The notes: generated by a model not told the origin, from the sequence alone. Numbered from the stretch's first letter, positions 32,459 through 42,693 are shown. The stretch is 64,000 nucleotides of DNA from an uncultured Eubacteriales bacterium (GCA_949283575.1 CASDSU010000036.1:132809-196808); one strand, 5' to 3'. Made by a program: numbers and translations.

Positions 32459-33139
32459 ATGAAAAAGATGCTAGATGAACTAAAAAAACTAGATGTTGAT
32501 TATGAGGTTCCAGAAGGTTTTAGCAAGAGGATTATGGAAAGAATAAAAAATGAAAAGATAGAACCAAAAGAAAAAGCGACAAACAATGTGTCGTATTTGA
32601 GAAAATATGTTATCCCTTGGACTTCTGCTGTTGCAGTTTTGATGATTGTTGCAATTGTTACTATTGGTGGAACAGTTAGAGATAAATCAACATATTCGGC
32701 TGCTAATATTAATTTTTCAGGTGCTATGAATGAATCGATTAGTGCGGATCAATCTGCTGATAATAAAGTTATGGAAGGAGCAATAGCGGGAGCTTCTGTA
32801 AATAGTGCTATTAAAGATAAGAATGATATTTTTGATGTTATATTTGATGTAGTTGAGAAAGCAGATGATTCGTTTGTAATAGAGGAATTTGAAAGTGAAG
32901 TTCCGAATGCAACTATAAAAGATAACTCTGAGACACAAAACACTAGAGTTGAAAGTGTTTTAACGATTGAATCAGTTGCTGAATTGTTGAAGAAAAATAA
33001 TATTGAATTTGAACGTAAAAATGATTTTATAGTTTTGATAAATAAAAATATTGTAACTATAAAAGAGATTCTTGCAAAAGTAGAGAAGAATATTGAAATT
33101 ACTGAAGAAGAAAATATAATAAAGATTAAATTGAAATAA
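32459..33139 (+). CDS. Putative anti-sigma factor (single TM)
   Basis: EVPEGFSKRIMERI anti-sigma-like N-terminus, TM, follows the ECF sigma gene. Confidence 0.65.
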   Translation: MKKMLDELKKLDVDYEVPEGFSKRIMERIKNEKIEPKEKATNNVSYLRKYVIPWTSAVAVLMIVAIVTIGGTVRDKSTYSAANINFSGAMNESISADQSADNKVMEGAIAGASVNSAIKDKNDIFDVIFDVVEKADDSFVIEEFESEVPNATIKDNSETQNTRVESVLTIESVAELLKKNNIEFERKNDFIVLINKNIVTIKEILAKVEKNIEITEEENIIKIKLK

Positions 33140-33150
33140 AGAGGTGCTTT

Positions 33151-34762
33151 ATGCTTCGGGCAATTGCATATAAAAAACATAGGAATAATTGATGAAATAA
33201 CAATAAATTTTGAAGATGGACTTAATATTTTAACTGGCGAAACAGGGGCAGGAAAGAGCTTGATAATAGATTCGATAAATGCTATTACGGGTTCTAGAAT
33301 GTCAAAAGATATAATAAAATACGGAGAAAGCACGGCTTTGGTTGAAGCCTGCTTTTTTTGCCAAGATGAAACAAAAATACTTACAAGAGAATTTTTTCAA
33401 AATGGTAGAAATGTTTGTAAGGTAGATGGCAGAATGGTTACGCTTTCTGAACTTAAAGAGCTTGGTGAAAATTTAATTGATATTCATGGTCAACATGATC
33501 ATCAGTCGCTTTTAAATGAAAAAACTCATCTTGATTTATTAGATAGTTTCGCGTCAAAAGAGATTTTGACGGTAAAGGAAGAATATAAAAAACATTTTGA
33601 AGAATACAATGAAATAAAAGAAAAAATTAAAAATAGTTATGGTGATCCGATTGAAAGAGCGAGAAGAATTGATCTTTTAAGATATCAAAAAGATGAAATT
33701 GAGCAGGCTAAGTTGAGTTCTGAGGAAGAAAAGAAGTTGGAAGAGCAACGAAACATAATGATGAATTCAGAAAAAATAGTTGGTTCACTAAAAAAAGCTT
33801 ATAGCTTATTAGATGAAAGTGTTTTAGATAATTTGGGAACTATAACTTATGAGTTGTCACATATATCTAATATAAATCCTAAATATGAGCAAATTTTGCA
33901 AACAATAAATGATTCATATTATTCACTAAAAGATGCGACTAGTGAAATTATGGAATATGCTGAAGAGGTTGATTTTGACGAAAATGAGCAAAAAGAAATT
34001 GAAGAAAGAATGGATTTAATATTCTCTTTAAAAAGAAAATATGGAAATGATGTTGAAAAGATTTTAAAGTATTTAGATGAGATTTCTGAAGAATTAAATT
34101 TCTTAGAAAATTCTGATGAAATGATTCAAAAACTTGAAAATGAGCTTAATCAAAAATATAAAGTCTTAAAAAAACTTGCTGGTGAACTAAGAAAAATTAG
34201 AAAAGAATTTTCAGAAAAAATAAGTCAGAAAGTTAATGAACAGCTTGTTGATTTGGAAATGAAAAAAGCTTACATTGAGTTTGAGTTTAAAGAGCTTGAA
34301 AATTTTAATGAAAACGGTATGGATGTTGTTCAAATTCTAATATGCACTAATGCGGGCGAAGGATTAAAGCCGCTTACTAAAATTGCGTCTGGTGGTGAGG
34401 TTTCAAGAGTTATGCTTGCATTAAAAACTGTACTTTGTATGTATGATGAAATTCCAACAATGATTTTTGATGAAATAGACACTGGAATAAGTGGGCAAGC
34501 GGGTAAAGCTGTTGCTGATAAGATGAAAATAATAGGTAAGACTCATCAAGTTATATCTGTAACACATTTGCCGGTGATTGCAGCTGCGGGAGATTCTAAT
34601 TATTATATTGAAAAAAATACTGTAAATGATAGAACTTCGACAAGTGTTAGAAAATTAAATGAAAGTGAAACTGTAAATGAGGTTGCTAGAATAATTGCTG
34701 GAAATGTTTTATCGGATGCAGTAATTAAGCATGCAAAAGAACTTAGAAAAAATATGAAATAA
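33151..34762 (+). CDS. recN: DNA repair protein RecN; needs a +1 shift at codon 3 (CTT-CGG-G) from its natural start
   Basis: LTGETGAGKS, IHGQH, ASGGE, FDEIDTGISG; GAGGTG RBS + ATG 33151 gives ML(G)QLHIKN only after a +1 shift. Confidence 0.95.
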
Positions 34763-34766
34763 TGAT

Positions 34767-34798
34767 AAAAGCGACTCCAATAGTATGGAGTCGCTTTT
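34767..34798. terminator. Bidirectional terminator
   Basis: aaaagcgactccaatagtatggagtcgctttt. Confidence 0.8.
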
Positions 34799-34815
34799 GG
34801 ATAGTACGTTTTGTA

Positions 34816-35193
34816 TTAAAGGGGGATTGTCTCGCAGGTGATTTTGACTTTCACCTGTTCCCAACCTGCATGTTTGAAGCTATATTCGTCTTCATTAACT
34901 CCGGTAACAGGGTTGAATTTTTTTCTTCCGGTAGATACGCGTTTGCTTGTGGCACGGATGACCGGGCGCTTGTTAATGGCATCATTTGTCAGATCAATCA
35001 ACACTGCGGTGGGCACAAGCACAGCGAGAACGTCAGCTTTGACAGTATCTGCCAAGTCAACAATTTCCTGAGCCGTTGCCGAACCAGAAAAGTGAGAAAC
35101 GATGACGGGACCGTAAATACGATTCAAATCGTCCATTTGCTCAGTCGTAAGGTCGTCGTTACCAAACCAGAGAATTTTGCGTACGTTCGACAT
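34816..35193 (-). CDS. Orphan 125-aa alpha/beta protein with GC-shifted codon usage
   Basis: AAGGAGG RBS, promoter TTGATT(35361-66)-N17-TAAAAT(35338-43), own terminator. Confidence 0.78.
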   Translation of the reverse strand: MSNVRKILWFGNDDLTTEQMDDLNRIYGPVIVSHFSGSATAQEIVDLADTVKADVLAVLVPTAVLIDLTNDAINKRPVIRATSKRVSTGRKKFNPVTGVNEDEYSFKHAGWEQVKVKITCETIPL

Positions 35194-35409
35194 GCTAAAT
35201 TAACCTCCTTTACATGCCTGTACTAACATTTCTTCTGCATCATTGTACAAAAATGTTGCAGAGCAAGTTCAATAAAAACGTATTTTGATACGTTGTATCC
35301 AACTTGCCAAGATAGTGTAGTGATAGGAACGAGCATCATTTTAACATTTAGGTAACATAAAATCAATATTTTTGTTAGATTTATAAATTAGAGGTAATTT
35401 TTTTTGTTC

Positions 35410-35439
35410 TCATAACTTTATGCTTTTTTGGACAACTTA
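35410..35439 (+). promoter_or_regulatory. Sigma-F/G-like forespore promoter of spoIVB
   Basis: TCATA-N15-GGACAACTTA resembles the sigma-F consensus. Confidence 0.5.
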
Positions 35440-35469
35440 TTTTTGAAACAAAATGAAAGGAGTTCAAAA

Positions 35470-36696
35470 ATGAAACAAAAAAAATCACTTTTCATAATTA
35501 TGATGTTCATAATTTTATTTGTTTATACGACTAATATTGATAAAATACCTAGCGAAATAGTTTTGTTTCAAAATCAAGATTATGAGATAAGTTATATGAA
35601 GGGAATTAATTTAGAAGGTGAAAATGTATCAGTAGTTGATACTTTTTTTAGGAATTGTGCGAAAATAAGTGGAAATTATATTGGAGATGAAAAGATAACA
35701 TTATCTGTATTTGGAGGAGCTATAAAGAAAGATATAAATGTTAGTGTATTGCCTAATACAAATGTAATTGTCGGCGGAGATACTGTTGGAATACGATTAT
35801 ATTCGGAAGGTGTACTTGTTATAGGAAAGATGCCAGTTCAAGGAATGGATGGAAATTATTATGAACCATACCTGACTACGAAAATTGAAAAAGGAGACAT
35901 AATTACCAAAATAAATGATATTTCAGTTGAAACGATAGAGGAGTTAACTGAAGTCGTAAATAAATCTGATGATAAATCGATATGTATAGAGTATAAAAAA
36001 GATGATGCTGTAATAAAAGAAGAAATGGTTCCAATAAACGCATTTGGTGATAATACGAAAAAATTAGGTTTATGGGTAAAAGATGGAGTTATGGGTGTTG
36101 GAACGCTTACTTTTTATAGTCCTGAAAGTAAGACATATGCAGCGCTTGGACATGGTATTTCCGATTCGGAAGTTAAAGAACTTATAAGTGTAGATACTGG
36201 AAAGGTAAATGTAGCTTCAATCTTGGATGTAACTAAAGGTGCAAAAGATGCACCAGGTGAAATTCGAGGACTTTTAAATGATAATATTCAAATTGGTACT
36301 ATTGAAAAAAATAATGTTTCTGGAATATTTGGTGAGTTTACAGATAATACGAATTATTTCAAAGGAAGACAAAGTGTAGAAATTGCGCCCAAAAATGAAA
36401 TAGAGTTAGGAAAAGCAAAAGTGATTTGTACAGTAGATGGAGACAATTATCCAAAAGAATATGATATCGAAATTTTAAAAATTTCAACAGATACGACATT
36501 ATATTCTAAAGGAATGACAATAAAAGTAATAGACAAAGATTTGTTAGAAAAAACAGGTGGGATAATCCAAGGAATGAGTGGAAGTCCGATAATTCAAAAT
36601 GGAAAATTAATTGGAGCAGTAACGCATGTATATGTTAAGGATCCAACAAAAGGGTACGCAATATTTGCAGAAACCATGTTAAAGGAGATGGACTAA
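35470..36696 (+). CDS. spoIVB: SpoIVB peptidase (S55, PDZ domain)
   Basis: GVGTLTF, ALGHGI, TGGIIQGMSGSPIIQNGKLIGAVTHV; start from GAAAGGAG RBS. Confidence 0.95.
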   Translation: MKQKKSLFIIMMFIILFVYTTNIDKIPSEIVLFQNQDYEISYMKGINLEGENVSVVDTFFRNCAKISGNYIGDEKITLSVFGGAIKKDINVSVLPNTNVIVGGDTVGIRLYSEGVLVIGKMPVQGMDGNYYEPYLTTKIEKGDIITKINDISVETIEELTEVVNKSDDKSICIEYKKDDAVIKEEMVPINAFGDNTKKLGLWVKDGVMGVGTLTFYSPESKTYAALGHGISDSEVKELISVDTGKVNVASILDVTKGAKDAPGEIRGLLNDNIQIGTIEKNNVSGIFGEFTDNTNYFKGRQSVEIAPKNEIELGKAKVICTVDGDNYPKEYDIEILKISTDTTLYSKGMTIKVIDKDLLEKTGGIIQGMSGSPIIQNGKLIGAVTHVYVKDPTKGYAIFAETMLKEMD

Positions 36697-36729
36697 GTGG
36701 ACAAATTTCTCCATCTCACTTGTCCATTT
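36696..36729. repeat. GGACAA...TTGTCC-armed hairpin/terminator
   Basis: gtggacaa-N-ttgtccat followed by T-run. Confidence 0.5.
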
Positions 36730-36788
36730 TTTCTTGTAAAAAAGCAAGAATATATGTATAATTGCATATGGTAAAGGAGGTATGCGAG

Positions 36789-38252
36789 ATGACAAATAAG
36801 TATGATGTTGTAATAATTGGCGCAGGTCCAAGTGGTGTTTTTTTGGCGTATGAATTGATTAAATTGAATGCTAACAAAAAAGTTCTTATGATTGAACAAG
36901 GAAAAAAAGTTGAAGATAGAGCTTGTCCAATAGAGAAAATAAATAAGTGTGCAAAATGTAAACCATTTTGTAACATAACTAGTGGTTTTTCTGGTGCTGG
37001 TGCATTTTCTGATGGAAAATTACTTTCATATCACTTATCACTTTATAATGAAAAAGATAATGATTTTTATTTAGGTGGTAATAGTGGAAGTTACATAAAA
37101 AAATATATGAGCACAGAAGAAATCAAGGAATTACTTGATTATACAGACAAAATATATTTGGATTTTGGTGCTGATCCAAAGCTTGAAGGTATCGAAAATA
37201 GAGAGGAAATTGTTAAGCTTCAAGCTAAAGCTAAAAAAGAAAGTCTTGATTTGATAGATATTCCAATTAGACATTTAGGAACAGAAAAAGCTCATGAATT
37301 ATATATGAGAATTGAAAATTTCTTGTTAGAGAATGGAATTGAAATTAAATTTGAAACAACTGTTGATGATTTGATTATTGAAAATGGTGAAATCAAAGGT
37401 GTTAAGATTAAACCTTCTGCACATGCTTTTGATGAAGAATATGAGGCGGAAGTGATTACTGCTGACAAAGTTGTTTTAGGTGTTGGTAGAAAAGGTGCTT
37501 CTTGGCTTACGAAAATGTGCAATAAACATGAGATTGCTCAAAAGACAGGTCCTGTTGATATAGGGATTAGATATGAACTTCCTGATGAAATTATGAAAGA
37601 CATAAATAAATATATGTATGAAGGTAAAGTTATTGGTAGACCTGGTCCTTTCAAGGATAAGGTTAGAACTTTCTGTCAAAATCCAAGTGGATTTGTTGCT
37701 ACTGAAGTTTATGATGATAATTTGACTTTGGTAAACGGTCACTCATATAAAGAGAGAAAGAGTACAAATACAAATCTTGCGATTTTAGTTTCTCATAATT
37801 TTAATTATCCATTTAATAAACCAATAGATTATGGCATGAATGTTGCTAAAAATTTGAATGAGCTTGGAAATGGAAATATTGTTGTTCAAAGATTAGGTGA
37901 TATTTTTAGAGGTAGAAGAACTTGGGATGAAGACTTGCAGAATAATAAAGTTATACCAACACTAAAAACAGCTGTTGCTGGTGATATAACATATGCTTTG
38001 GGTTATAGAACTATGACTGATATTTTAGAGTTTATAAAAGCCATGGATAAATTTGTTGAAGGATTTGCGGATCCTGCAAACTTATTATATGGGCCAGAAA
38101 TTAAGTTTTATAGTAATGGTCTTGTGCTTGATGAAACATTCCAAACAAGTATAAAGAATTTATATTCAATCGGTGATGGTGGCGGACTTACAACAGGTCT
38201 TATGATGGCATCATGCTCAGGTGTACAACTTGCAAGAATATTTTGTAAATAG
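36789..38252 (+). CDS. Uncharacterised FAD-dependent oxidoreductase
   Basis: IIGAGPSG, GAGAFSDGK, RHLGT, VRTFCQNP, GPEIKFYS; start from AAGGAGG RBS. Confidence 0.85.
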   Translation: MTNKYDVVIIGAGPSGVFLAYELIKLNANKKVLMIEQGKKVEDRACPIEKINKCAKCKPFCNITSGFSGAGAFSDGKLLSYHLSLYNEKDNDFYLGGNSGSYIKKYMSTEEIKELLDYTDKIYLDFGADPKLEGIENREEIVKLQAKAKKESLDLIDIPIRHLGTEKAHELYMRIENFLLENGIEIKFETTVDDLIIENGEIKGVKIKPSAHAFDEEYEAEVITADKVVLGVGRKGASWLTKMCNKHEIAQKTGPVDIGIRYELPDEIMKDINKYMYEGKVIGRPGPFKDKVRTFCQNPSGFVATEVYDDNLTLVNGHSYKERKSTNTNLAILVSHNFNYPFNKPIDYGMNVAKNLNELGNGNIVVQRLGDIFRGRRTWDEDLQNNKVIPTLKTAVAGDITYALGYRTMTDILEFIKAMDKFVEGFADPANLLYGPEIKFYSNGLVLDETFQTSIKNLYSIGDGGGLTTGLMMASCSGVQLARIFCK

Positions 38253-38341
38253 GTGAATAAAACAGAGATTTAATAAGGAACTTAGAATCTCCCTTTCGCA
38301 TAAAATATTGTAAAGCTGGATATGTGAAGGGGGGATTTTTT

Positions 38342-38620
38342 ATGGGACTAATGTTTTTAGTTAGTTTATTCTTTGTAATTATTTTTGCAGCTATAGTTGA
38401 ATTATTTTTTAGATGTCCATATGCTGTTGCCGCGTTGGTTGCTATTGTTTCATTAATTGTTTATGCATTCTTGTCAGCAACATTAACAACAATCTTCATT
38501 GTATGGATAATTATTTATACACTAACAGCATTATTAACAGCTTTTTTGACATCAAGATTTTTGGGTAGAAATGGAAGATGTGACAAATGTGAGAAATTCA
38601 ATAATAGACAAAATTTCTAG
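38342..38620 (+). CDS. Small 3-TM membrane protein (DUF2651/YbeF-like), possibly sporulation-expressed
   Basis: Hydrophobic ORF, GGGGGG RBS, mother-cell-type CATA-N3-T element upstream. Confidence 0.65.
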   Translation: MGLMFLVSLFFVIIFAAIVELFFRCPYAVAALVAIVSLIVYAFLSATLTTIFIVWIIIYTLTALLTAFLTSRFLGRNGRCDKCEKFNNRQNF

Positions 38621-38626
38621 TTGAAA

Positions 38627-38668
38627 TTTCGGCCAGCCGTTTATCGGACGTCCTCGACTGGCCGAAAA
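38627..38668. repeat. GGACGT-core hairpin
   Basis: ttcggccagccg-tttatcggacgtcct-cgactggccgaa. Confidence 0.6.
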
Positions 38669-38772
38669 AATACTTGTACCATATATATGGGAATGATATA
38701 ATATTTTCGGGTAATTATTTGAATTTTTGAATACTTTGATGCATTAAAAATGTAAAAAGGAGCTTTGGATAA

Positions 38773-39669
38773 ATGGAGAGATATGAGGGGTTAACTAGAA
38801 TAACGTCACATGAAGGGTATGTAGAAGCAAAAAAGAGATTAGAAGATTATTTGAAACAATATAAATGGATAACAGAGACTGATTCACCATATGAAGATAT
38901 AAAAAAGGCATTATTTAAATGTGTTGAAAAGAGAAAAGCTTATGAAGGTGAAAGTGCGGAAAAAACTTCAGAGCAAGTTACTAGTGAAGATGTGACGGAG
39001 AAAAAAGATGAAAAGGATGGACAAGTTTCTAGAAATGATATATTAGAAAATGAAAATGAAATATTATCGCTTAAAATTCAATATGATTCAATAAAGAGCG
39101 ATACATATGCCGCTAATCTTCATAGAAATATAACTGCGCTATATGTTTCTATCGGTGATTATGAAGCTAGAATAGAATCTAAAAGAAAAAAAGACAAGAA
39201 TAACGTTGAAAGTGAGAATAATCCTTTTTATACTTCGCGTTCAATGAGAAGATTTAGATTTTTCTTAGCTAATTTAACTGGAATGGTTCCGGGAGAAGTT
39301 AACATGAATGTTGAAAATAACAAAGCAATTCCATTATATATAATTGAAAATTATGATTTAGTGAATAGACCTGAAATTACAGAAGAACAAAAAGAAATGG
39401 CGCTTGTTGTCGTGCCAGAAGTTGATTATTCTGTAAATATATTTAATAAATTGATTGGAAGACCTGTGGATCAATTTATTGCTGCATATGGAATCAAAGA
39501 AAAAGCGAAGAGTGATGTTTCTGTTGAAGTAGTAGATGAAAGTGTTGGCTCTAGTGAAAATGTTTCGACTTCAAAAGATACTATGCGTCATAATGAGGTG
39601 CCTAATCAACACGATACGCATACTCATACCGATAAAGGTGAAAAAAATTCAAACGAAAGAAATCGTTAG
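38773..39669 (+). CDS. Hypothetical protein (orphan-like, charged, low-complexity C-terminus)
   Basis: 298-aa ORF with AAGGAG RBS. Confidence 0.65.
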   Translation: MERYEGLTRITSHEGYVEAKKRLEDYLKQYKWITETDSPYEDIKKALFKCVEKRKAYEGESAEKTSEQVTSEDVTEKKDEKDGQVSRNDILENENEILSLKIQYDSIKSDTYAANLHRNITALYVSIGDYEARIESKRKKDKNNVESENNPFYTSRSMRRFRFFLANLTGMVPGEVNMNVENNKAIPLYIIENYDLVNRPEITEEQKEMALVVVPEVDYSVNIFNKLIGRPVDQFIAAYGIKEKAKSDVSVEVVDESVGSSENVSTSKDTMRHNEVPNQHDTHTHTDKGEKNSNERNR

Positions 39670-39697
39670 GCATGATTGAAAAATAAAGGAGTAAAAA

Positions 39698-40138
39698 ATG
39701 TATTTTTTAATAGCTGTACTTTTAGATCAAATTATTAAATATATAGTTGTTGCGACAAATTGCAATATATCGCTAATTCCTAAAATATTTAATATTATGT
39801 ATGTTCAAAATACAGGTGGAGTTTATGGCATATTAGAGGGAAATAATTTGCTATTTATATGTATTTCTTTAGTTGTTCTAACTTTGCTGTTTATTTTTTC
39901 ACGAGTTGTAACTAAGGATAATAAAGTGAAGAAAGTCTTGTGGCAATTCATAATTGCTGGTGGAGTTGGTAATTTAATTGACAGAATTTTTAGAGGTTTC
40001 GTTGTTGATTATGTTCAGTTAAAATTTTTTGGCGTTTTTAATTTGGCAGATGCTTTTATTGTAATTAGTTCAGTGCTGGTTATATTTTTAGAAATAAGGG
40101 AGCTTGTAAGTGGAAATAATAGAGAAGAAGATAAGTGA
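39698..40138 (+). CDS. lspA: Lipoprotein signal peptidase
   Basis: LDQIIK, NTGGVYG, GNLIDR, VVDY, FNLAD. Confidence 0.95.
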   Translation: MYFLIAVLLDQIIKYIVVATNCNISLIPKIFNIMYVQNTGGVYGILEGNNLLFICISLVVLTLLFIFSRVVTKDNKVKKVLWQFIIAGGVGNLIDRIFRGFVVDYVQLKFFGVFNLADAFIVISSVLVIFLEIRELVSGNNREEDK

Positions 40139-41030
40139 AAATGAAGATGGAAAAAGGCTTGATGCGGTGGTGTCTCAGCTTAATGCTAAGATATCTAGAA
40201 CGCTTGCTCAAGAGCTTATAAAAAACGGAACGATACTTTTAGATGGGAAGATTCAAAAGGTTTCTTCGAAAGTTAGGTTGGGACAATTTGTTACAATGCC
40301 GGAAGAGTATAATACTAAGCCGAATGAAGATATTATTCCGGAAGATATAGATATTGATGTCTTATATGAAGACGAAGATATAGTTGTTGTAAATAAGCCA
40401 AAAGATATGGTTGTTCATCCTGCGGTTGGAAATTGGACTGGTACGCTTGTGAATGCGATGCTTGGGAAATATGAACTTTCGGATGAAAATGGTGAATTTA
40501 GACCAGGAATTGTGCATAGATTGGATAAGAACACTACAGGAGTTATGGTAGTGGCGAAGAATAATAATGCCCATAATATACTTGCTAGTCAAATTCAAGC
40601 GCATGATTTTAAGAAAATATATGTTGCGCTTGTGAAAGGTTTAATACCTGAAAATGAGGCGATTATTGAGTTACCGATTGGTAGACATCCAACAGATAGA
40701 AAGAAGATGGCTGTTGTTAAGGATGGAAGAGAAGCGTATACGAAATTTAAAGTTTTGGAGCGATTTGATAAGTATACATTTGTTGAAGTTGAATTAAAGA
40801 CTGGAAGAACGCATCAGATAAGGGTTCATATGTCACATATTGGTTATCCAATAGTGGGAGATGATACATATTCGAATGGAAAAAATCCTTTTGGTGTGAC
40901 AAGTCAAATGCTTCATTCTAAAATACTAGGAATAACACATCCAACAACTAAAGAGTATATGGAGTTTGAAGCTCCTATGCCTGAAGAGTTTGAAAGTGTA
41001 TTATCAAAATTGAGAAATAATGAAATTTAA
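40110..41030 (+). CDS. rluD: RluA/RluD-family pseudouridine synthase
   Basis: S4 domain, VHRLDKNTTG, TGRTHQIRVH; follows lspA. Confidence 0.9.
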   Translation: MEIIEKKISENEDGKRLDAVVSQLNAKISRTLAQELIKNGTILLDGKIQKVSSKVRLGQFVTMPEEYNTKPNEDIIPEDIDIDVLYEDEDIVVVNKPKDMVVHPAVGNWTGTLVNAMLGKYELSDENGEFRPGIVHRLDKNTTGVMVVAKNNNAHNILASQIQAHDFKKIYVALVKGLIPENEAIIELPIGRHPTDRKKMAVVKDGREAYTKFKVLERFDKYTFVEVELKTGRTHQIRVHMSHIGYPIVGDDTYSNGKNPFGVTSQMLHSKILGITHPTTKEYMEFEAPMPEEFESVLSKLRNNEI

Positions 41031-41069
41031 TTTATAGACTAAGTACGAAAGATAAAGGAGGAAAATTTT

Positions 41070-42473
41070 ATGAAAAAAATTCTTTTTGTGGCTTCAGAAG
41101 TTGCACCATATGCGAAGTCAGGTGGTCTTGGTGATGTTATAGGGTCACTTCCAAAAGAATTAATTGAAATTGGATATGATGTTTCAGTTATAATGCCTAG
41201 GTATAGGGAAATTGAAACCGAAATGGATTATGTTGTTGATTATCCAATATATATGCAGGGAAGAAAAGAAAATTGTATAATTCGTGCGCATAATCAAGAT
41301 ATAAACGGAAAAGTTTTGACAACATATTTTGTTGACAATATAGCATATTTTGATAGAGATGGAATGTATTGTCATCCTGATGAAGCTGAAAGATTTGCGT
41401 TTTTTGACAAGGCGGTCACAGAATTTATCACAAGAATTAATCCTGATATTGTTCATTTAAATGATTGGCAAACAGGACCGATTGCGTTGCTACTTAGAGA
41501 AAAAGTTAAAGATACAAGAACTAAAATAATTTATACAATTCATAACTTGGAGTATAACGGTAGATTTAATCGAGGAAATCTTTATCATTTTGATTTAGAT
41601 GATTCATATTTTACGCCTAGTAAGTTTGAATTTTATGGTGATATAAGTTTTTCAAAGGTTGGAATTATTTATTCGGATATGGTTACAACAGTTAGTAAAA
41701 CGTATGCTGGAGAAATTCAAACTCAGCAATATGGTTTTGGATATGAAGGGTTATTAAATCAGAAAGCTCAAAATGGTAAGCTTGTTGGAATCGTAAATGG
41801 AATTGATTATGATGTGTATAATCCAAGTCAAAATAAAGAAATAATTGCAAATTATGATTTTGAAGATTTAGAAGGTAAGGCAAAATGTAAAAAGGATTTA
41901 CAAGAAGATTTGGGATTGCCTGTGAAAGATGTTCCTATACTTGCTGTTATATCAAGAGTTGTACATCACAAAGGTTTTGATATATTAGTTGAAGGTATGA
42001 ATGAACTTCTGAAAAAAGATATTCAATTTGTTGCTCTTGGTGTTGGAGAACAGCATTATATAAATAGACTAAAGTATTTGAAAGAAAAATATCCAGACAA
42101 AGTTTCTGTTAATGATTTCTTTGATACAGAACTTGCGAAAAAGATATATGCTGGCAGTGATATGTTCATGATGCCATCAATGTTTGAACCATGCGGACTT
42201 TCTCAAATGATAAGTTTCAGATATGGAACCATCCCAGTTGTTAGAAGTACAGGAGGACTTAGAGATACAGTTATAGGTTATTTAAGTAACAAAGAATGTG
42301 GAAATGGATTTACGTTTTGGGGTGATCAAGTTGAAGACTTAGTGGAAGTTACAAACAAGGCATTAGACGTATATTCTAGAAAAGAAGAATGGCAAGCTTT
42401 AGTGAAAAATGCTATGAAACAAGACCATTCATGGGCAAACTCAGCAAAAGAATATGCAAAGTTGTATGAATAA
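41070..42473 (+). CDS. glgA: Glycogen synthase
   Basis: KSGGLGDV, HLNDWQ, TIHNL, EPCGLSQ. Confidence 0.93.
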   Translation: MKKILFVASEVAPYAKSGGLGDVIGSLPKELIEIGYDVSVIMPRYREIETEMDYVVDYPIYMQGRKENCIIRAHNQDINGKVLTTYFVDNIAYFDRDGMYCHPDEAERFAFFDKAVTEFITRINPDIVHLNDWQTGPIALLLREKVKDTRTKIIYTIHNLEYNGRFNRGNLYHFDLDDSYFTPSKFEFYGDISFSKVGIIYSDMVTTVSKTYAGEIQTQQYGFGYEGLLNQKAQNGKLVGIVNGIDYDVYNPSQNKEIIANYDFEDLEGKAKCKKDLQEDLGLPVKDVPILAVISRVVHHKGFDILVEGMNELLKKDIQFVALGVGEQHYINRLKYLKEKYPDKVSVNDFFDTELAKKIYAGSDMFMMPSMFEPCGLSQMISFRYGTIPVVRSTGGLRDTVIGYLSNKECGNGFTFWGDQVEDLVEVTNKALDVYSRKEEWQALVKNAMKQDHSWANSAKEYAKLYE

Positions 42474-42482
42474 AAAATAGCA

Positions 42483-42552
42483 TCGAGTAGAAGTTTGGAT
42501 TTCTGGACAAATGACACGTCCTTTTGTCCAGAAACTCAAAACTCCAACTCGA
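42483..42552. repeat. Long hairpin with GACACGTCC loop (GGACGT-core family)
   Basis: tcgagt...tttctggacaaa-tgacacgtcct-tttgtccagaaa...actcga. Confidence 0.75.
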
Positions 42553-42693
42553 AAATTTATATAAACCATAAACACGCTAGCGCCTATGGAAGATGGAAAT
42601 CAAATTTATTGTATAATACAATTTATGAAGACCTTTAATATTATGTGATGAAAATAATTATATAATTCAAAAAAATAAAAAATCGGAGGATTT

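Noticed and set aside
34762-35226. 154-aa plus-strand ORF and 34838-35071
   Set aside because: Shadows of the minus-strand gene. The longer one runs through a terminator, and neither has a convincing RBS.
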